Shown: positions 13,606 through 27,113 of the stretch, piece after piece
How the letters are laid out: each line of letters starts with the position of its first letter
Position numbering within the stretch: the first letter of the stretch is position 1
From: Priapulus caudatus
Lineage: Eukaryota
Length of the DNA stretch: 64,000 nt
Assembly (NCBI RefSeq): GCF_000485595.1
Contig: NW_014577077.1
Location: 530,999 to 594,998, forward strand
Reading direction: 5' to 3'
The notes under the pieces: model-generated
What the model was told of the DNA's origin: nothing
Database searches by the model: none
What the model saw: the letters and a program-made list of their open reading frames with translations, nothing else
Program-made: the position numbers and the translations under genes

Positions 13606-14287
13606 TCAAGTTCACTTGGTGAGCATGAATACTCACCGAGACGAGCTCGTAGTCAGTCATTTCATGCTCATTGCTTCGAAAAACGCGAAACGTTTCCCAC
13701 CAATTTCAATTAATGCTCTCATCGAGTGGTTATCGATGCAGAAGTAAAAAGAGCGGGCATGCAAACACGACAATGCGCGCAGGCTTGGCAACTCGATTTG
13801 ATGACGTGTGGCCTCTCAAAGCAATCAGCCGCGGTTCGCCTGTGCTCACGAAAATATCTCGTTAAGCCTCGCGAGTTATCAGAAATTACTCTTTGACGAG
13901 GCGAGGGGGCGAGGCGCGACGGTTATTAGGCGAATTTCTGTTATTTCGGCTCGGCGTTAAACCTTTTGCGTGAGAATTGCCAACGCCCACCATTACCTAC
14001 GGCAGTATTTGCGACGGCGAATGCGCCAACAGTTTGTCGCAGAGCGGTCGTCATGCACTCACCGCTGACTCACAGCGGCCATCTTTTTTCAGCCAATCTT
14101 GTATTGACCTCATGCAGCCCCATTTTGACCCGACGAGGCTTATACTCACCAATTCTATTCTTTACAGATCGATTATGATTCCCCGATTTCTACTGTTTAC
14201 GGTTGTCCTACGTCCTTTCTTAAAGATGGCAACGGCATGAATGTAAGGCAATACGCGCACGGCTACAAAACAGGTTGTTACTGAGAG

Positions 14288-14326
14288 CAAAGAGCTTTTA
14301 TAATGATAATCATTATAAGCTCTTTG
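14288..14326. mobile_element. 39-bp TIR-only remnant with 7-bp TSD (P-element-like excision scar)
   Basis: CAAAGAGCTTTTATAATGAT-A-ATCATTATAAGCTCTTTG flanked by perfect CTGAGAG repeats (14281-14287, 14327-14333). Confidence 0.75.
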
Positions 14327-16087
14327 CTGAGAGTTAAAACACGTTCAAAAATTTGTCTTTATGACGGCGCTGAATTTTAAACGTTTTCACAACATACAAG
14401 TTTTAGTGTACTGTGTGAACAAAACAATTAGATCGAAGATCGAGAGACGGGTTTTTCTCGAGGTTTTTGTTTGAAAATAACCCTATAACGGATAACGACG
14501 AGCCACGGTGCAACGCAAGCCGTACGAACTGGGTAATACAACTATATACGAAACGCTCTCTGCACGTTAGCTGGTATGTGACGCATGGGGTAGTAGCTGT
14601 TATATTTAAAATATGCCTACTATTTTGTAGAAACAAGCTTCATAGTGATCTTTACATGTATACTAGTAATATTGTAATTTAATTCATTTCTATGCTATTA
14701 TATAAGATCATTTCATTGACCAATTTCTCAAAATTATTCCTCGACTACCTAAAGTACCTGTACATAATAATAATCGTAACAACTTTATAGAGAAAGCTAT
14801 TGTGGCAAGGAGGAAAAACATCTCACATCGTTACATCACATGTTCACACCTTTACGGTGCATCCTGCGCGGTTGCTGGCGACTTGAGCATTTTGAGCTGC
14901 CCATAGTTCAGCACCAAAAAACACATGCATGCATGCACACACGGGTGCGCACACACGTGATATAGATGCCTTTATTATTTAAAGATGTGCCCGCCCTTTG
15001 ACATGCCCCTCATGAATAATTCCACATATTCATCCCACAACAAGCAAAGAAGATTCCAATATCGCCTAATGCAAACGTATTCCAGCCGCACAGAGTTAGA
15101 ATCAATTCATATACATTTATTGTGTTGCTAGCTAGATGTCCTGGCTGCTTCATTTTATGCTAACCGTCACACGCGCTACGGAACTAAACCTAATGGATTT
15201 GAGTACGTAGATGCAGCATGCACACATTAACTAGTCAAAAGCAGCTGCAGACTATTACCTAAAGGTATGTGGAAAGAGAAACGAATCAACATATACCGCT
15301 ACATAGTGATAGTACCTACTGGAGGTTGAAAACGTCATATCCCCAATGAGCAGTTAAAGTAATGAAATGAAAAGATCGTAGAAGAATAAGCTCACATATA
15401 GGTATACTAACAAACTAAATCAGTTTGAGAGCGATGCACAGACCGAGTAGATAACATTACTAAATATTTAAAAGTCGAAGGTTTAGATCATTGAACGATA
15501 CGTCGGGACAAGAAATAGAACGTGAATGTCTGCGTCGAATTCGCACTTTAGAATTTCTTAAGATAAACGCCGAAACAGGGAGTATTGTATTATTGTATAG
15601 AATTATGGCAATGAAAGTTAAACCAGAAGCATAAAAATAATTTGATGGCTATTATTTTGTACACAACAGAAACTACCGTGACCTACACACCATAACACTG
15701 CGCCAGCCCGGCTCAGAGATCTAGATATGTATAGTGCAGTCAGAGATTGCAAACAAACTAGCACAGCTGGGACTCACATGTTTAGAGCACCTACACGGCG
15801 CGTATTTCTCACTGTCGTTATCGAAACTTGGCTTCCTAGTGGGCTGCCAAGAAGAAAAACTAACTGAGGTGCTGGGCAAAAAATGGGGCAGCAAAACCAC
15901 AGTTTTATTTTACACTCGGTTGGAGGTTAGACATTCCATAAGTCAAAGGGCGCGGTGTTTATGTTTACTTCGCGTTACGGTTATACTCGCATGCTAATTT
16001 ATTGTCAGCGATGCGCCGCACTTACTGCGAGAAGAAAAAAGAACAGGGCCCACCCAACAACTGACCTCTGGTGGGGAAGAAATAAAC

Positions 16088-16792
16088 AGAGCTCTGTATG
16101 GTAGAACAGGGCTCTGTAGGGGACAGGGCTCTATATGGTAGAACAGGGCTCTGTAAGGGACAGGGCTCTGTAGGGGACAGGGCTCTATATGGTAGAACAG
16201 GGCTCTTTAGGGGACAGGGCTCTGTATGGTAGAACAGGGCTCTGTATGGTATGAAGCAGTGGCTCTGTATGGTAGAACAGGGCTCTGTAAGCGGACCCGA
16301 GGGCTGCTGTATGGTAGAACAGATCTGTAAGGGGACAAGGCCGGTATTGGTAGAAGCTAGGGCTCTGTATGGTAGAACAGTGCTCTGTATGGTAGAACAG
16401 GGCTCTGTAAGGGACAGGGCTCTGTATGGTAGAACAGGGCTCTGTAGGGGACAGGGCTCTGTATGGTAGAACAGGGCTTCTGTTTATGGGTAGAACAGTG
16501 CTCATGATGGTAGAACAGGGCTCTGTAAGGGACAGGGCTGCTTGTATGGTAGAAGCAAGGCTCTGTAAGGGACAGGGCTCTGGTATGATAGAACAAGGGC
16601 TTTGTCATGTAGAAGCAGGGCGTCTGTAAGGGGATCAGGCTGCTGTATGGTAGAACAGGGCTCTGTATGGTAGAACAGTGCTCTGTATGGTAGAACAGGG
16701 CTCTGTAGGGGACAGGGCTCTGTATGGTAGAACAGGGCTCTGTATGGTAGAACAGTGCTCTGTATGGTAGAACAGGGCTCTGTAAGGGACAG
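16088..16792. repeat. Minisatellite of mixed 20-bp (CTCTGTATGGTAGAACAGGG) and 17-bp (CTCTGTAAGGGACAGGG) units
   Basis: Directly visible tandem units, some with scattered single-base indels. Confidence 0.95.
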
Positions 16793-17651
16793 GGGCCGCC
16801 CGTTGGCCAGAAAGAGAAATTAGTGCTTTAACATAACCTTAACTTAAGTGTTTCTCTTAAAGCGTTGCCAGAAACTTCGTAAGATTAAGATAATTAAACA
16901 TTCTGCGTAATCTTTTCTCTTAACTTAAGAAGATCGCTAGACCCTCCCCTTAAACTTTAATATTTAAAGGATGAAAATAACACATTTAGACATAAGAATT
17001 ACAATTATAGTGATATTATATTTTTATATTAATGATAAATATCATGTTTTTTTCCTTGAAAAAAGCACGTAAAAAAAATTAATTATCTACCCGATCGTGA
17101 AGGCAACAGCAAAAAAAGTGTCAAACATTTACAAATGCCGTACTGGCATTTGTTCTCTGTCTTAAATTACTTTTGCACTGACCACACGACTCTCGACGTC
17201 TGTGAAGAAATTGCTACAGTGTGAGATTTGTCTTGGTTGTGCAGAACCTTGTGCAGAATACATTTCAAGACCGTGTCGTTGTTGCCATCAAATACCAATA
17301 ATATTATATACATAAGTTTAGAGCCATCACCACATAATATGGCAATAAATTATGTGATGTACAATAAATGTGTATGAATTTGAATTTTGTGATCGATTCC
17401 GCATGCCAATGAAACAAAAAAAAGAAAAAAAAAAACGAAGAGGGGGGAAAAAAAACAGATAGACGAAAAAAAAAAAAACAAAAAAACAAAGCACAAGCCT
17501 GTGATGAAGTTCCTGTTACTCGTAAGTTTCACTAGTAAGTTTAGTTTAAGGTTGGTTTGCTGGCAACGCTATTAAAATTAACCTTAACATTAACCATTAG
17601 ACTTTAAAATTAATCGTAACTTTAGCGAAGTTTCTGGCTAACGGGCCGGAC
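16793..17651. mobile_element. AT-rich TIR element inserted in the minisatellite (possibly Harbinger-like)
   Basis: Inverted ends GCCCGTTGGCCAGAAA / TTTCTGGCTAACGGGC, with further internal GTTGCCAG(A/C)AA copies; the satellite resumes on both sides, possible CAG TSD; boundaries approximate. Confidence 0.6.
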
Positions 17652-17652
17652 C

Positions 17653-18240
17653 AGGGCTTGCTGTTATGGTAGAGAGAGCGCTGTAGGGACAGTTGCTCTG
17701 TATGGTAGAAGCAGTGCTGCTGTAATGGTAGAACGGGCTCTGTAAAGGACAGGGCTCTGTATGGATAGAACAGGGCTCTGTGTACTGTGTGTGGTGTGTG
17801 TGGGGGGGGGGGGTCTGTAAGCGGGGGCTCTGTAGGGGGAACAGGGGAGCGGACAGGGCTCTGTGTTATGTGTGTGTGGGGTGGGGGGCTCTGTAGGGGA
17901 ACAGGGGGAGGCGGAACAGGGCTCTGTGTAATGTGTGTGTGGGGTGGGGGGGCTCTGTAGGGGAACAGGGGAGCGGACAGGGCTTCTGTGGTATGTTGGT
18001 GTGGTGGGGTGGGGGCGAAGTTCTGTAGGGGGAAGCAAGGGAGGGCGCGACAGGGCTCGTTGTGTATGCTGTGTGTGTGTTGTGTGCTGGGGGGTCTGTG
18101 GGGGGGGGCTCTGTAGGGGGAACAGGGGAAGCGGACAGGGCCTCTGTGTATGTGTGTGTGCTGGGGGGGGCTCTGTAGGGGGACCAGGGGGAGCGGACAG
18201 GGCTCTGTGTATGTGTGTTGTGGCGGGGGGGGGCAGAGCT
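17653..18240. repeat. Continuation of the CTCTGTA..ACAGGG minisatellite with G-run/GT-containing longer units
   Basis: Same core motif; units such as GGCTCTGTAGGGGGAACAGGGGAGCGGACAGGGCTCTGTGTATGTGTG. Confidence 0.9.
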
Positions 18241-18967
18241 GCTGCGATGAAAAAAGGACAACCTTGCAGGCATTTGCAAGAGACCGGATATAGCACGCCT
18301 TTGCAAGAGGGAACTACGAAACAGTGCGGGTTAGGCCCAGAAACAGCCATTCGCAGGGAAGCAAACACAAGGGACATCGTGTCGCCAGAAAGATGATTCG
18401 CACACACTACCCGATTAGCTAGCGTCGACAGGAAACGGTATTGCTAGGGGGTTAGAATACGTTTCAGATTCTTGGCCCACATTCCTTGTAGTTGCTCGGT
18501 ATCCAACCATCGCCTCAGCTAGCGTCAAGCATGTAATAGCTCAAACGAATCAATAACCTTCTGGCTTGCTCGCGTAACGTGGCGCTTACTGGGCGCCTAC
18601 TTTATTTTACTTGAGTTGATGCCGTATTTCTGCGAGATGAATTGGATGCAAAACAACCAGATAAGTCCGCCATGTCTGCATGTTCAGTGGCGAACTAAAA
18701 TCGCAGATGGACTGAATTTCCACAGTGCGTAGGCCAAATACACGAAGTACATAATTTTCCGCAATGATTAATTATTAGTTTGTGTGATTGACGATTCCTG
18801 TTTTCAATGTTTTTTAATATTTATATATATCGAGTATATGATGCTTCTTTAGTGGTGCTCGTGCGCAAACGGCAAGTAGCAACGCTATGGTAATGTTATG
18901 TCGTTTCGGGTTTTCCGCGTGCCGTTCGAAAAAAAATCTGAGNNNNNNNNNNNNNNNNNNNNNNNNN

Positions 18968-19275
18968 TGGGGAAGAAATAAACAGAGCTCTGTATGGTAG
19001 AACAGGGCTCTGTAGGGGACAGGGCTCTATATGGTAGAACAGGGCTCTGTAGGGGGAACAGGGGGAGCGGACAGGGCTCTGTGTATGTGTGTGTGTGTGG
19101 GGGGGGGCAGAGCTCTGCGATGAAAAAAGACAACCTTGCAGGCATTTGCAGAGACCATGAGTAGCACGTTGCAGAGGAAACTACGAACAGTGCGTTAGCA
19201 AGAACAGCCATTCGCAGGGAAGCAAAACACAGGGACATCGTGTCCAGAAATGATTCGCACACATTACCCGATAGC
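18968..19275 (+). repeat. Collapsed duplicate of 16071-16155 plus 18170-18420, adjacent to a 25-N gap
   Basis: Both unique flanks of the satellite recur immediately after the gap (18943-18967), differing mostly by indels. Confidence 0.85.
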
Positions 19276-21624
19276 ATGCAGAGAATTGAGGGAATGAATA
19301 TATCGACTGCATAATAGCCGCATGCATATACTAATACAGAAACGGCTGCGGTGTCCGAGGCACGATATTGATCACGAATCATGTGTAAACTAGCAAATAA
19401 TCAAATAAAAAAACTTTATTTTCATATAACACATTATAGCCACTGGTTCGGGTGGTAATTCTTCACAAGACAGTTAGTTATCATGAGGAAGGAAGGCCAG
19501 ATACTACTACCCTCGAGGACCCCCCCCCCACTCCCACCATACACACACACAAAATTATTTTCAACCCATATCACGTTTCTTCTACACGCACGGGGGAATG
19601 CGATGCTCTACTTCCAAGTCTTGTACCAGTTGCATCTCGTAATGCTTTCAAAGTGCAAGTTTTTTTTACATTGTCTTTAAAGATAAGTCTTGTTACTGCT
19701 TCTCTCCTCTCGTTATCTTTACTTACTTTCGCGTGTTTTTTTTTACTACAGAGCACTGATAGTATCGTATGGTGAGCTTAACAGATATCACGAACAAGAA
19801 TAAAAAATATTGTAATCCATTTTAGGCAAGAGATCAGCAAGCAACGGGCAATAATTAGGATGAAGTTGATCCTGTTTTGAACAACCGGCCCATGATCATA
19901 AAAATTCAGCTTGAAACTTATAATAAGTAATTGCCGATGTCAGCTATAGTTAGTCCGCCTACAGCAGGTCTCGAATCATTTCACATAGACTAAAACACAG
20001 TCTATATTGATCGCCTTTAAAATGGATAGAGGTCGCAACAAAACGCCTACATACACCTACTGTAAGGATACTTGCAGTATGCAAACATCACGAAATGCTC
20101 TTATTGAGCCAGACATGTGCTCTAAAGTTGACTATTTAGAAACTCCGTCGGACGAGGATTCGGCGTAGCAATACACATAGAGCGATGTAAGTGAGAAAGC
20201 TAACAGTAAGCCTACGCTAGCGCAAATAGTTCCTGGAAAGAAAACACTGTTTGTTTGCTGATTGCATAAGTAATGTAGATAACACATGATTTAAACAAAT
20301 TTCACAATTTTGTACTGAACAAACATCGAATACTAAATTATAATTTGTTTTATCATAGAAAATGTTAGGCAAGTAGCAATACAAATGAGTTGTAGTGAAT
20401 TTTTACAATATAGACGAGCTCACAGTAGGTAATATATATATATATATTTTGCTGCGAGAACATGCCGTTTTAAGGCTCCTCTATGTAACACTTATTCATA
20501 ATACCTCGTAGGGTGCGTGGCCGGAAGGGAAGGAAGAGTTGGGTGAAGCCAGCCGTTTATTTTCATTTTCACAAATTGGCTTGGGGGTAAATAAACAGTG
20601 CGACCAAACACAAGATGCTGTCACACCCGACAATCGGGTTTAAGGATTCATAAACGTTGCATGGATCCGTGCCTGATTCAACACTGATACGAAAGAAAAT
20701 AAACAGTTTGCGCAGTTTACCGCCACACTTTCAGCCATCAATCACTGTAAAGCCCTTACGCGGAGAGACTGTGCTCGCAGATTAGGAAACGAGCAGGCAG
20801 AGTAAATACATACACTCCGAACATAAAACCCTAAAACAGAAAGAATCAAGAGTAAGGCATTCCACCACCCACAGCTAATTCATATCACGTGCCACAGCTA
20901 AGGTAACTATACTATCCCAACATTTTAAATACAGCCACCTACCCTACCCCAGACTGATCCCAAGTCCCCGGCTCCTGGCAGATTGATTCTGCACGATTTA
21001 CTAAGTCAGTCCAATCAAATTCCGTATATGCTACACACAGCCACTGCCTCACACACAACGCAAACGACTTACACCTCTCACATAGAGAATTATTTCATAC
21101 GCAGCATATTACATACACACTACACACACCTTACATCTAACACATGCACGTACACATAGAAACATTCAATTTGAGATTGGAGAACACAACTGTTCGGTTA
21201 AATCCCCCGCCGTAACCCCATCGCTCCGGCCCAAGAGCACCGTATGCGCGTCCGAATATGTAGTCTAGCTTTATGTGCGTAGGTGCACGCCCGTATTGCG
21301 ACGTAGCTAGGAAGATGCAACGCGCGCACTAAAAGTCAATGGCATCATTAAACGAGTATATTGGCCCGTAATGGGCCACTGCCGTGGTCGTAACATCCGT
21401 AACACGAGGCATATTGTTTGCAGATGAAAGTAAACGGCACGACAAAAATCGTTGTTAAAATCGTGCGTCATTGCGGCTCGCTGCTGCGCTCTTACACAGA
21501 GATGTCGAACTCGCTCCCCCCCTCCCCCAACCGCAGCCGCCGCAGCAATTGCCGTTTGAACTTAACGCCGACTAGAAAAGCAAAGACAATCACGTGTGCG
21601 CAGTGAATCCCATCAGCACGCTAA

Positions 21625-22865
21625 TGCACTAGTCAGTTGACACCCCACCCCCGACCCCCGGGACAGGGCGGAGGAATTAACGTTTAGGTAGTGTTAAAGT
21701 TAGACTTTTCCCCCGGTCCCCGGGGGCACCTTCAAAGTTAAAACCCCCACCCCCATGGCCCCGGTGTTTTGGTCGATTCAGACGATAAACGTCATTCAGA
21801 TTTTGGCGTAAAACGTTCAAGGCTATAGTATTCCTGCGATGTTCAAACACCAGAAATCAGATGTAACTAGACAGAGGGCACTCACGGAGAGTGCATACCT
21901 CCACCAGCGACATAGCTCGTAGCAGCCGCTCGTTGCTGCTGCTCGCTCACATGTACACGCTCGCTGTCTTGCTGCCACTCGCTCGTAGCAGCCGCTCGTT
22001 GCTGCTGCTCGCTCACATGTACACGCTCGCTGCGCTGGCTGGCTCGCTGGCTCGCGCGCTAATATCGATCGCGCGAACACACAGACACACGAACACACGA
22101 GCGCACGAGAGCGATCACATAACCTCCTCCACACAGGTAAAAATGCTGTTTGGTGATTGTAGTGTGATGATTTTTATGGTTTATACACTGTATATTGTAT
22201 TACGGTATCTGGAGTGAATACTATACAGATAGTTAAATTTCGATGACTCATTCAATTTCCTACATGTCATTATTAATAGTGTTTTGAATTTACAGTAACC
22301 ACTGTGTGTTTAAGCTATTTATACTTATTAGGGTGACTGAAGTGAGCCTTTTTACTTTGTCTTTGTATAATCATAGTTAAATGTATTAAAGCATACAATA
22401 TGCAGTCTCTAGGTAATTATTGTGAAAGGGAGGAGGCGAGAGCATCGCAATAAATTAATTGTTATGGCGCTATAGGCCCGAAGTGATATAGCCTAAGAAC
22501 CAGCTGGGCCAGATTCAAGAAGAGTTCGTACGCACAATATCGTGCGTACGCACAAACAGGGATTTAGGTGGTATTCAAAAAGAATTCTATTTCGCCAAAA
22601 ACATTCTATTACGTGCATACGGTACTCACAGCTGAGCTAGAGCATGCGTAAGCACAAAATCTGAGCATGTAAATTGCTACCGAATACCGAATACTAGAGA
22701 TATACCCGAGTGAAAATATTGCTATATAACACTACATGTATTTTATTCCAAACGTATACAGGTAAACGTAATTATAACAACGTACAATGGTATTTAAAGT
22801 TTCTATTTAACTATATAACTCGCACTCATGCACGCACGCACGCAAGCACATACATGCACACGCGG

Positions 22866-22897
<32 letters not shown>

Positions 22898-23149
22898 CCG
22901 CACTCAAACACACGCACGCACGCACACACACGCACACACACATATATACACACACAAGATCCGCCATCTTGTTTAACGGTTCAGCGTTAAATCCCCCGCT
23001 ATATATGCCCCGCTATTCAAGGTACGCATTAAATTCCCCGCCCCCGGGGAATTTACGCTGTTAAATGCGCGTTAAATCCCCCGCATATCCCCGTTAATTC
23101 CCCCACCCGTCCCGGGGCTCGGGGGTGGGGGTATCAATTGGCTAGTGCA
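21625..23149. mobile_element. Non-autonomous TIR element (~55-bp GC-rich TIRs) carrying nested insertions
   Basis: TGCACTAGTCAGTTGACACCCCACCCCCGACCCCCGGGAC.. / ..GTCCCGGGGCTCGGGGGTGGGGGTATCAATTGGCTAGTGCA; TAA on both flanks; superfamily uncertain. Confidence 0.8.
21865..22140 (-). mobile_element. Helentron/HINE-like non-autonomous element, copy 1
   Basis: Homologous to 57932-58248; GCACTC..GAGTGC hairpin next to a CTAG|TT end; internal ~51-bp tandem duplication. Confidence 0.7.
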
Positions 23150-24661
23150 TAACCGCCGCTGCTCCGCTTTTCTAAATTAGTAGCATCTAGTTTCATTTCG
23201 AGTCTCACAAGAGTTCATTTACGAAATTATCACATTTCCCACGTGAATATACATGAAACGAGCATTCATTAATAAAACATATTTAAATAATTACATGCTG
23301 TGGGCACGTAATCTAGCTTAGGCGATTAATAATTGTGTATCGGTGAATGTCGATAGCTGCCTGCTCCCTAACCCATCTACAACCCACCCATCTATATGGC
23401 CAACTTCATTTATCTCCCCATCGTAAATTCGTCACGAGGTTAACAACCTCACCCACATAACAGCCACCAGATAAAACATGTTATGGAAACGAAAGCGTCG
23501 CAGTTGCGCATGCTCTATGCTCCACGGAAGCCAAACGCAGAAAAAATTAATCCGCCATCATCACTAAGCCCGCTATACGCGGTAACGGTGTCGTCACGCC
23601 GCATCACGCCCCGACACGCCTTGACACACCAGCGGCAGCACAACAACGATGGGCATGTATCCAGCACATATTTATTAATGGTTTATTTTATACCAACCAG
23701 AAATACTATCGTTCAACTACATTTCCCCCATTTCAACCCACCAGCTAGGTTTTCGGACTCACGCCGCACAATTGACACTGTGTTGTGAAACGCATGGTTC
23801 TGAACTAACTCATACCACGGATTAAGATCTGTGGGGAAAGCAGCAGACGCTAGCGCGCTAGCTCCCAGGCAACGAGGCACGTCGGTCGGCATGTACTGTC
23901 GGTTCTGAGGCCGTGTACGTACAACACCGCCAGTCCCGCGACGACCGCAGCTGTTGTTCATAGTCAACGCTAGCTGTGACGAGGCGCGAACTTCTTCATG
24001 CCAAGTGAATGACGAGGGAGATTCCTGCGAGAAGGACGGCGATGCGCTGGGGGAAGCGGGGAGAACGATGGCGGCTTCTCCAGTACGAGGGCGCTCTACT
24101 GCGGACAACCAGTACTTCTAGTGAGAGATACGCAATGCAAGCATGTATTATTGTATCGGTCAGGTTTTCACTGCACTGCGTACAGAGTATAACAGGTTTT
24201 AACCTGCTATCATGTAGTTGTCATGTAATCCGCCACGAACTATGCAGTAGTCTGACATGTACAACTAACTGACTGTACGCACTAGCCTACCACGCAAACA
24301 GTATTCTCTACACTTATAACCAAATATTAACACATTATATCTGGAGTATATATAAGCTTAAATATATAGCTCGAAAACCAAAGTTTCCACTATGTTACAG
24401 CAAACTGGCAGCTGTTTGTCTGAATTAGAGTAATTCTATCTTTTACTATGCAGTCGATTTTACACAAAACGACGTAACCATTAAAAATGTATGCGAAGAT
24501 GTAAACTGAAACTGTACGCATTGGTCACCACATAACCTTCGTGTTATTGCAAGCTCTATTTGCTACGACAGTGTTTTCTCAATCTATTAGAGAGCAACAT
24601 GGCCAGGATAACCGCCTTAGAGCTCGGGGACCTGAAATCCCCCCTTCTCTCTCTCTCTATC

Positions 24662-25035
24662 TCCGAACACAGCTTTAGGGACATGAATGAATCCTCTTCT
24701 TCCGAACACAGCTTTAGGGACATGAAGGAATCCTCTTCTTCCGAACACAGCTTTAGGGACATGAAGGAATCCTCTTCTTCCGAACACAGCTTTAGAGACA
24801 TGAAGGAATCCACTTCTTCCGAACACAGCTTTAGGGACGTGAAGGAATCCTCTTCTTCCGAACACAGCTTTAGGGACATGAAGGAATCCTCTTCTTCCGA
24901 ACACAGCTTTAGAGACATGAAGGAATCCACTTCTTCCGAACACAGCTTTAGAGACATGAAGGAATCCTCTTCTTTCGAACACACCTTTAGGGACATGAAG
25001 GAATCCTCTCTCTCCAAACACAGCTTCGGGGACAG
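24662..25035. repeat. 39-bp minisatellite (~9.5 homogeneous units plus diverged flanking units)
   Basis: Unit CCGAACACAGCTTTAGRGACATGAAGGAATCCWCTTCTT; degenerate units continue to ~25155. Confidence 0.95.
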
Positions 25036-25200
25036 CTAGGAAAGCTTCCTCATTGCCATAACAGAGCTTCAGGGACAGAATAGCTTCCTCTCTGTACCGA
25101 CACAAATTCATGGTCAGGATAACCTCCTCTCTATCCCAACAGCGCTTCAGGATTATACGGCTATGTTGAGAGTGTAATCTTTCCTCTCAATACGTTGCAA

Positions 25201-25410
25201 AAAAAAAGTAGAAGTAACATGTCTACTACGGCAAAAAAGTAGAAGTAAGATGTCTACTACGGCAAAAAGGTAGAAGTAACATGTCTACTACGGCAAAAAA
25301 AGAGAAGTAACATGTCTACTACGGCAAAAAGGTAGAAGTAACATGTCTACTACGGCAAAAATGTAGAAGTAAGATGTCTACTACGCCAAAAAGGTAGAAG
25401 TAACATGTCG
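25201..25410. repeat. 31-bp minisatellite (~6.5 units)
   Basis: Unit GGCAAAAARGTAGAAGTAASATGTCTACTAC. Confidence 0.95.
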
Positions 25411-26822
25411 ACATGTCTCCGTTCTGCATACATCATTTGACTACTCTTGTTTAGAACGTTCTATATTCAGAGAGGCACGCCAGCAGCAGCTGGCAGAGAA
25501 AGCTTATTACACACACCACGCAGGACATTTAGTAGACGTGGCTTTCTAAATTGGCATTGCTGTAGATGATCACCAGTTTTCCTATCACATGCAGGTAACT
25601 AAGGTCCTGCAATTTTTTATACAAAGTTTTTATTAAATTGTACTGTCTAGCATTATCAGTTCGTCTAACATGTTGTTACGTAAGCACAGCTATCATACTG
25701 CTAGCTGTGGTGATAAATAACTGTGTTACTGTTATTGAGTGGAAAGTAAAGACGCTGCATGGTCAGTTGATATCGATTAGCAACGAGAATACAGATGATA
25801 GTTTAGGACTTGCTCCCCGTGTTATAGCTGATTTTTAAATCAAGAGATTGTAGAGAGCTAACAGGGAGGGTAACAATGTTTTTAAGACATCAGTTTACTT
25901 AATGTTAAACACAACATATTGCCAAATTCACGTGCGTAGAGATGGGCCAGGTGGAGCAGTGACTTGTAATTTCCTATTTCTAAAAATGCCGTTTAAAGCA
26001 TGGTTTAAAATACCGGGTGAGTATTGCAGCCTGTGAATTATCTAACAATCTTCGTCCCGCAGTTTCATCACTATCACTGTCCTTGTGACGATTTGTCAAG
26101 TAGGTTTCAGTTCATAACGTGTTGCCACATCGGGTCTGTATGTGAGCGGTGTACTCGGGCGGAGAGAGTGAATGGTATCACTTACTCTATGCAGGGAGCT
26201 TTTAACTTGCACTAACCATCTTCCAACACCCCATGGCCATATGCGCCAGCTAAGTAGCGAGTCACCAGACACCAACATAAGCACTGTTGCACGGAGGGAA
26301 GGGAAACCCGAGGAGAAGCAAAGCGATCGTATAACCCGCGCAAATGTTTTCTTGTTGCAGCGCGCTAACAGCCTCATCAGCTGTCTAGCGGAGAAAAAAC
26401 AATAAAATATACTAGCTATACTCTCGCGTAACTAGCGCATCCTTGTATTTGTTCCTATTTCACTGCCAGGGCATGCACGTGCATCCGAGCGAGCATGCTG
26501 CAATGCATGGCGGAAGGCAAGCATTGCTTCGACAGCACGCTTACTCGCTTGTGCTAACATTTTCGCTAACTCAATTTTAGCGCATCAGCAAAAAACCCTG
26601 ATTTCCGTAGAAGTGCAACCAGAATGTAAAACCAATTATTTTTCTAACTGACGTATAACTAACGAATAACCAACGTATGCGTTTGCATTACGAGATTTCA
26701 ACCGGAGAATTTCAATGTCAGAATTACATTTCAGTTAATTGAGTGACGAATCTCAAATAAATACCGAATAATTATCACTCATCTTGCGCGCGAGCTTCGA
26801 AAAACGACATATGTAATATTCC

Positions 26823-27113
26823 AACATGTTCTGCTTGCATCTATGACAAATACGACATGTGCATGTACGTTCTCCTATGACACTATTTGTCATAGGAAGA
26901 TTCTTCCTATGACAAATATTGGCGAGTCAACTTCGTTCCGCTTTACAGCTGAAATTCACTGTTTGCGTTCATAATAGCGCTCCTAAACTCCTATGATGCA
27001 CACAAACCATACAACAAATTATTTGTCATAGGAAGAATATTCCTATGACAAATAGTGTCATAGGAGCGTATACGCGTATGTCGTATTTGTCATAGATGCT
27101 AGCAGAACAGGAT
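26823..27113. mobile_element. MULE-like MITE with ~95-bp TIRs built from a repeated CTATGACAAATA motif
   Basis: TGTTCTGCTTGCATCTATGACAAATACGACAT.. / ..ATGTCGTATTTGTCATAGATGCTAGCAGAACA; TSD TAATATTCC (26814-26822) / GAATATTCC (27114-27122). Confidence 0.85.

Noticed and set aside
15778..15843. 66-bp minus-strand segment with good splice sites
   Set aside because: No recognisable protein similarity; stop codon in the phase needed to follow the 36107 exon.
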